Shown: in pieces, positions 13,770-17,114 of the stretch
How the letters are laid out: each line of letters starts with the position of its first letter
Position numbering within the stretch: position 1 is the stretch's first letter
Assembly (NCBI GenBank): GCA_964354805.1
Contig: CAYHBD010000032.1
Span: 1 to 17,114, forward strand
Direction: 5' to 3'
DNA from: an uncultured archaeon
Lineage (GTDB): Archaea > Iainarchaeota > Iainarchaeia > Iainarchaeales > GCA-2688035
Length of the DNA stretch: 17,114 nt
Notes under the pieces: model-generated
The model's database searches: none
What the model was told of the DNA's origin: nothing
Seen by the model: the letters and a program-made list of their open reading frames with translations, nothing else
Made by a program: the position numbers and the translations under genes

Positions 13770-15116
13770 GTGAAGCTTTGGCAGAAGGGAACTGTTTCTT
13801 TGGACAAGAGGATTGAGCGATTTAATGTCGGCAGGGACACTAAGCTTGACCAGCATTTGGTTCAGTTTGACTGCATTGCCTCAATGGCGCATGCAAAAAT
13901 GCTGCAAAAGACCGGGATTTTGAGCGGAGCTGAATTCAAGAGATTGCGAAAGCAGCTTGCTGCAATAATTGAATTGGATAAAAAGGACAGATTTGAGCTG
14001 CAGCAGGAAGACGAGGATGTTCACACAAAGATTGAGAATTTTTTAACAGAAAAATTGGGCGATTTGGGCAAAAAGATTCATACCTGCAGAAGCAGAAACG
14101 ACCAGGTTTTGGTTGATTTGCGTTTGTACAGCAAAAGGCAGCTGCTCTTGATAATAAGAGATTTGGCGCAATTGTGTTCCAATCTGCTCAAGCTGGCTGA
14201 AAGGAATGAATTTGTTGCAATGCCAGGCTACACTCATACAAGGCCTGCAATGCCTTCTTCGGTTGGCTTGTGGATTGCCAGCTTTGTTGAATCCCTTTTG
14301 GATGACCTGCAGCTGCTTTGGTGTGCTTTTGATTTGAATGACCAGAACCCTTTGGGTAGCGCTGCAGGCTATGGCGTTGGCCTGCCTATTGACAGGGCTT
14401 TGACAACCAAGCTGCTTGGCTTCGACAGATTGCAGAACAATGTTTTGTATGTGCAGACCAGCAGGGGAAAGATCGAGTCAGTTATTCTGGGAGCTTTGCT
14501 GCAGGTAAGCGTTGATTTGGGAAGGCTTGCTAGTGATTTGATTTTGTTCAGTTCGCCTGAATTCAATTTCGTTTCATTGCCTGAACAGTTTTGCACTGGG
14601 AGCAGCATTATGCCCCAGAAGAAAAACCCTGATGTCCTTGAGTTAATTAGGGCAAAAACAGCTGCAATGCTGGGCTACTTCATCCAGACAATTGATACAA
14701 TCAAGAGCATGTACAGCGGCTACCACAGGGATTTGCAGCTGACAAAAGAGCCTTTGATGAATGGATTGCATCTTGCAAGGGAATGCATTGACATTTTCTC
14801 GCTTATCATAGAAAAGCTGCAGGTGAATAAAAGCGCTGCTATTAGAGGCTGTTCTCGTGAATTGTTTGCTGCTGACAAGGCGCTTGAGTTAGCCCAAAGG
14901 GGCCTGCCTTTCAGGGATGCTTACAGGGTTATTTCCGAAAGCAAATTTGATTTTGTTGTCGATGCGGTTGAGAACATCAAGAGGAAAAAGCATTTGGGTG
15001 CGACAGGAAACCTTGGATTGCGTAAATTAAGGGGCCTGATTGCAGAGCAGAAGCGGAAAGTGCAGAAGGAAAAGAATGCGTTTGAAAAAAAGATGAATGC
15101 TGTTCTGCGCTTGTAA
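13770..15116 (+). CDS. argH: Argininosuccinate lyase
   Basis: KLW, EDVHTKIE, IHTCRSRNDQV, MPGYTH, PLGSAAGYG, TGSSIMPQKKNPD..ELIR, GYHRDLQ. Start GTG 13770 (or 13761). Confidence 0.97.
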   Translation: MKLWQKGTVSLDKRIERFNVGRDTKLDQHLVQFDCIASMAHAKMLQKTGILSGAEFKRLRKQLAAIIELDKKDRFELQQEDEDVHTKIENFLTEKLGDLGKKIHTCRSRNDQVLVDLRLYSKRQLLLIIRDLAQLCSNLLKLAERNEFVAMPGYTHTRPAMPSSVGLWIASFVESLLDDLQLLWCAFDLNDQNPLGSAAGYGVGLPIDRALTTKLLGFDRLQNNVLYVQTSRGKIESVILGALLQVSVDLGRLASDLILFSSPEFNFVSLPEQFCTGSSIMPQKKNPDVLELIRAKTAAMLGYFIQTIDTIKSMYSGYHRDLQLTKEPLMNGLHLARECIDIFSLIIEKLQVNKSAAIRGCSRELFAADKALELAQRGLPFRDAYRVISESKFDFVVDAVENIKRKKHLGATGNLGLRKLRGLIAEQKRKVQKEKNAFEKKMNAVLRL

Positions 15117-15290
15117 TTTGATTTGAAATTTGGTTGTTTGAAGGAAAGAATTGCAGGGCGCTTGTAATTTTATTTGGTTTTTTTTAAAGAAAGAATTGTA
15201 TGTGCTGTAATTTTTTTTGGGTTGGTTTGGGATTTGGTTTTTTGAAATAAAGAATTGCAGTGTGTTATAATTTTTTTCAGGAGAATTGCA
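15107..15290. repeat. Four degenerate tandem units filling the argH-RSH intergenic region
   Basis: Units begin gcgcttgtaattt (15107, 15158), gtgctgtaattt (15202) and gtgttataattt (15262). Each ends in agaattgya and the first three contain atttggtt. Confidence 0.75.
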
Positions 15291-16978
15291 TGGAGAAGCG
15301 TTCTGATAATGAATTGAAAAAATTGCTTGCGATTGTCAAAAAGAATTACCCTGACTGTGATTCTGCACTAATTCAGAACGCTTTTTTGTTTGCAAAAAAG
15401 GCCCACAGGTATCAAAGAAGAGAGTCCAAACAGCCTTTTTTTATTCATCCTGTTGCAACAGCATTCATTTTGGCTGAGCTAGGGGCTGATAGCAAAACAG
15501 TTGCGGCTGCTTTGCTGCATGATGTTCTGGAGGACACCAAGACAAGCCCAAAACAACTTCGTTCCCTGTTTGGCGCCGATGTTTTAAGGCTTGTTCAGGG
15601 CGTTACCAAATTGAGTAAGCTTGCAGAGCAAAAGCAGAGTGCAAGGGCAGCAGCGAACCTGCAGCATTTGCTGCTTGCGACAACAAAAGAACCCAGGGTT
15701 ATTGTAATAAAGCTTGCTGACAAGCTGCATAACCTGAGAACACTGCGCTTTCTGCCAAGCGAGGACAGGCACAGGATTGCTGCTGAGGCATTGGCTGTGT
15801 ATGCTCCAATTGCTTTAAAGTTGGGCATTCATGCTTTGTATAATGAAATGAGTGGTTTGGCTTTCAAATATTTGAAGCCAGAGATTTACAGCAGTTTGAA
15901 AAGAAGCGTTATAAAAAAAGAGAAAGCAAAGCGGCCTGAAATCAATGCAATGATTGGCATAATCAAGAAGAAAGTTGGCAAGAGCTTTTTGTTCAGCATT
16001 GATGAGAAAACGTTTTTCGCTATTTATTCAAAAATGCAGACAAAGGAGAAAAGCTTGGATGAGGTGCCTGACACACTTGTTTTGAAAATCATTGCGCCAA
16101 CAGTTGCTGACTGCTATTGCCTTCTTGGAACACTGCACAGCCTTTTCACACCCCTGCCTGGAAAAATAAAGGACTACATTGCTTTGCCCCAGCCTAACCT
16201 GTACCAGGCGCTGCATTCAACTGTTCTTGGCCCAAAAGGAACCCCTATGAAGATTCGGATTGCCACAAAAGAGATGCAGGAAATAACAAAAAAAGGAATC
16301 ATTGCTTTCTGGCAGCTGCAAAGCAAGGGAACAGACAAGCTGCTGCACAAAAACATTGCGCTGCTTGCAAAGTTAATGAGCAAAAGCGCTGCTGCCGGAA
16401 ACGAGGATTTTGTCGATGCCCTGAAATCGGATTTTCTGGCAAAAACAATAACTGTTTTTTCAGCAGACGGTGAAGCGATTGAGTTGCCAGCTGGCGCTAC
16501 TCCTATTGATTTCGCGTTTCACTTTGATAAAAAGAGCGCTTTGAGGCTTTGGGAGGTGAAGGTTAATGGAAAATTTGTTTCCCTTTCAAGAAAGCTTGAA
16601 AGCGGTGACATTGTTGAAACAATTTCCTCAAGCGAAGTGCAGGTAAAGGAATCATGGCTGCATTCTGTGAAAAGCTTTGCGGCAAAAAAAGCAATCAAGG
16701 CCTTTTTGCGCTCGCAGCGCGCTTTATGGAAACAAATGCCATCGATTGATTTAAATGTTGAAGTAAACGATGTTGTCGGCGTGCTTGCTGCAATCAGCAG
16801 GGCACTTAGCAGCAATGGAATCGACATCAGGGCAGCGTCGGTTGGAACAATGCCAAACGCAAAATCAGAATGCCACTTCAACCTGGAATTCCCAAGCGCT
16901 GAAAAATTAAGGAAAACAATGGATAAAATAAAGAAAATAAAAGACGTGAAATCAGTAGAGATAATTTACAGGGAATAA
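15290..16978 (+). CDS. Long RelA/SpoT homologue (HD hydrolase, degenerate synthetase, TGS, ACT)
   Basis: AHRYQRR, FIHP, LLHDVLEDT, IKLADKLHN, KDYIALP..YQALHST, LPAGATPIDFA, KVNGKFV, and C-terminal ACT EVNDVVGVLAAI. SD-like AGGAG before ATG 15290. Confidence 0.92.
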   Translation: MEKRSDNELKKLLAIVKKNYPDCDSALIQNAFLFAKKAHRYQRRESKQPFFIHPVATAFILAELGADSKTVAAALLHDVLEDTKTSPKQLRSLFGADVLRLVQGVTKLSKLAEQKQSARAAANLQHLLLATTKEPRVIVIKLADKLHNLRTLRFLPSEDRHRIAAEALAVYAPIALKLGIHALYNEMSGLAFKYLKPEIYSSLKRSVIKKEKAKRPEINAMIGIIKKKVGKSFLFSIDEKTFFAIYSKMQTKEKSLDEVPDTLVLKIIAPTVADCYCLLGTLHSLFTPLPGKIKDYIALPQPNLYQALHSTVLGPKGTPMKIRIATKEMQEITKKGIIAFWQLQSKGTDKLLHKNIALLAKLMSKSAAAGNEDFVDALKSDFLAKTITVFSADGEAIELPAGATPIDFAFHFDKKSALRLWEVKVNGKFVSLSRKLESGDIVETISSSEVQVKESWLHSVKSFAAKKAIKAFLRSQRALWKQMPSIDLNVEVNDVVGVLAAISRALSSNGIDIRAASVGTMPNAKSECHFNLEFPSAEKLRKTMDKIKKIKDVKSVEIIYRE

Positions 16979-17114
16979 AGATATTCTAAGAAAATAGAAA
17001 AATTAAAAGAGAAATAAATTTAATTCAAAGGAAAAATTAAATGTAAAATTAGTTAAACCCCGGCAAGTCGGCAGCTCAAAAATTTAAAAAATTTGCATGA
17101 AACAAGAAAATTAT

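Noticed and set aside
13599-13856. 85 aa minus-strand ORF and the other antisense or alternate-frame ORFs in the track
   Set aside because: They are shadows of well-supported genes or AT-rich promoter DNA, with no recognisable motifs.
13770-15116. Analogous Arg-sensing frameshift or Arg avoidance in argH
   Set aside because: argH is one uninterrupted frame with many Arg codons.
15107-15290. CRISPR array
   Set aside because: Repeats are degenerate, spacers resemble each other and vary widely in length, and no cas genes are present.

Overview
Archaeal chromosomal window: a tRNA with a bulge-helix-bulge intron, tRNAs without encoded CCA, GGAGGTGA Shine-Dalgarno (SD) motifs and an archaeal lipobox. 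The gene style suggests a DPANN lineage such as Iainarchaeota/Diapherotrites (inference). Contents in order: partial radical SAM gene, DUF116 gene, divergent DUF5320-like/PadR pair with twin operators, tRNA-Glu, a putative cobalamin-capture locus (three DUF4430 proteins including an ArsR-DUF4430 fusion, plus an ECF S component), tRNA-Met, degenerate rpiA, Cys-rich lipoprotein, tRNA-Thr, a minus-strand tRNA-His/hisF/hisA-hisI/hisG/hisS cluster, a wHTH gene, argH and a long RelA/SpoT homologue with a degenerate synthetase domain. Main candidate discovery: the his cluster has the motif CTT-CAY-C (Leu-His) at three places where a +1 shift gives a meaningful outcome (inside hisA, at the start of hisF, and in a Leu-His-His-His-stop leader), while the His proteins hold only 2 His in about 1,300 residues. 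This suggests histidine-sensing programmed +1 ribosomal frameshifting. It is a hypothesis from one sequence and needs read-level and comparative checks.
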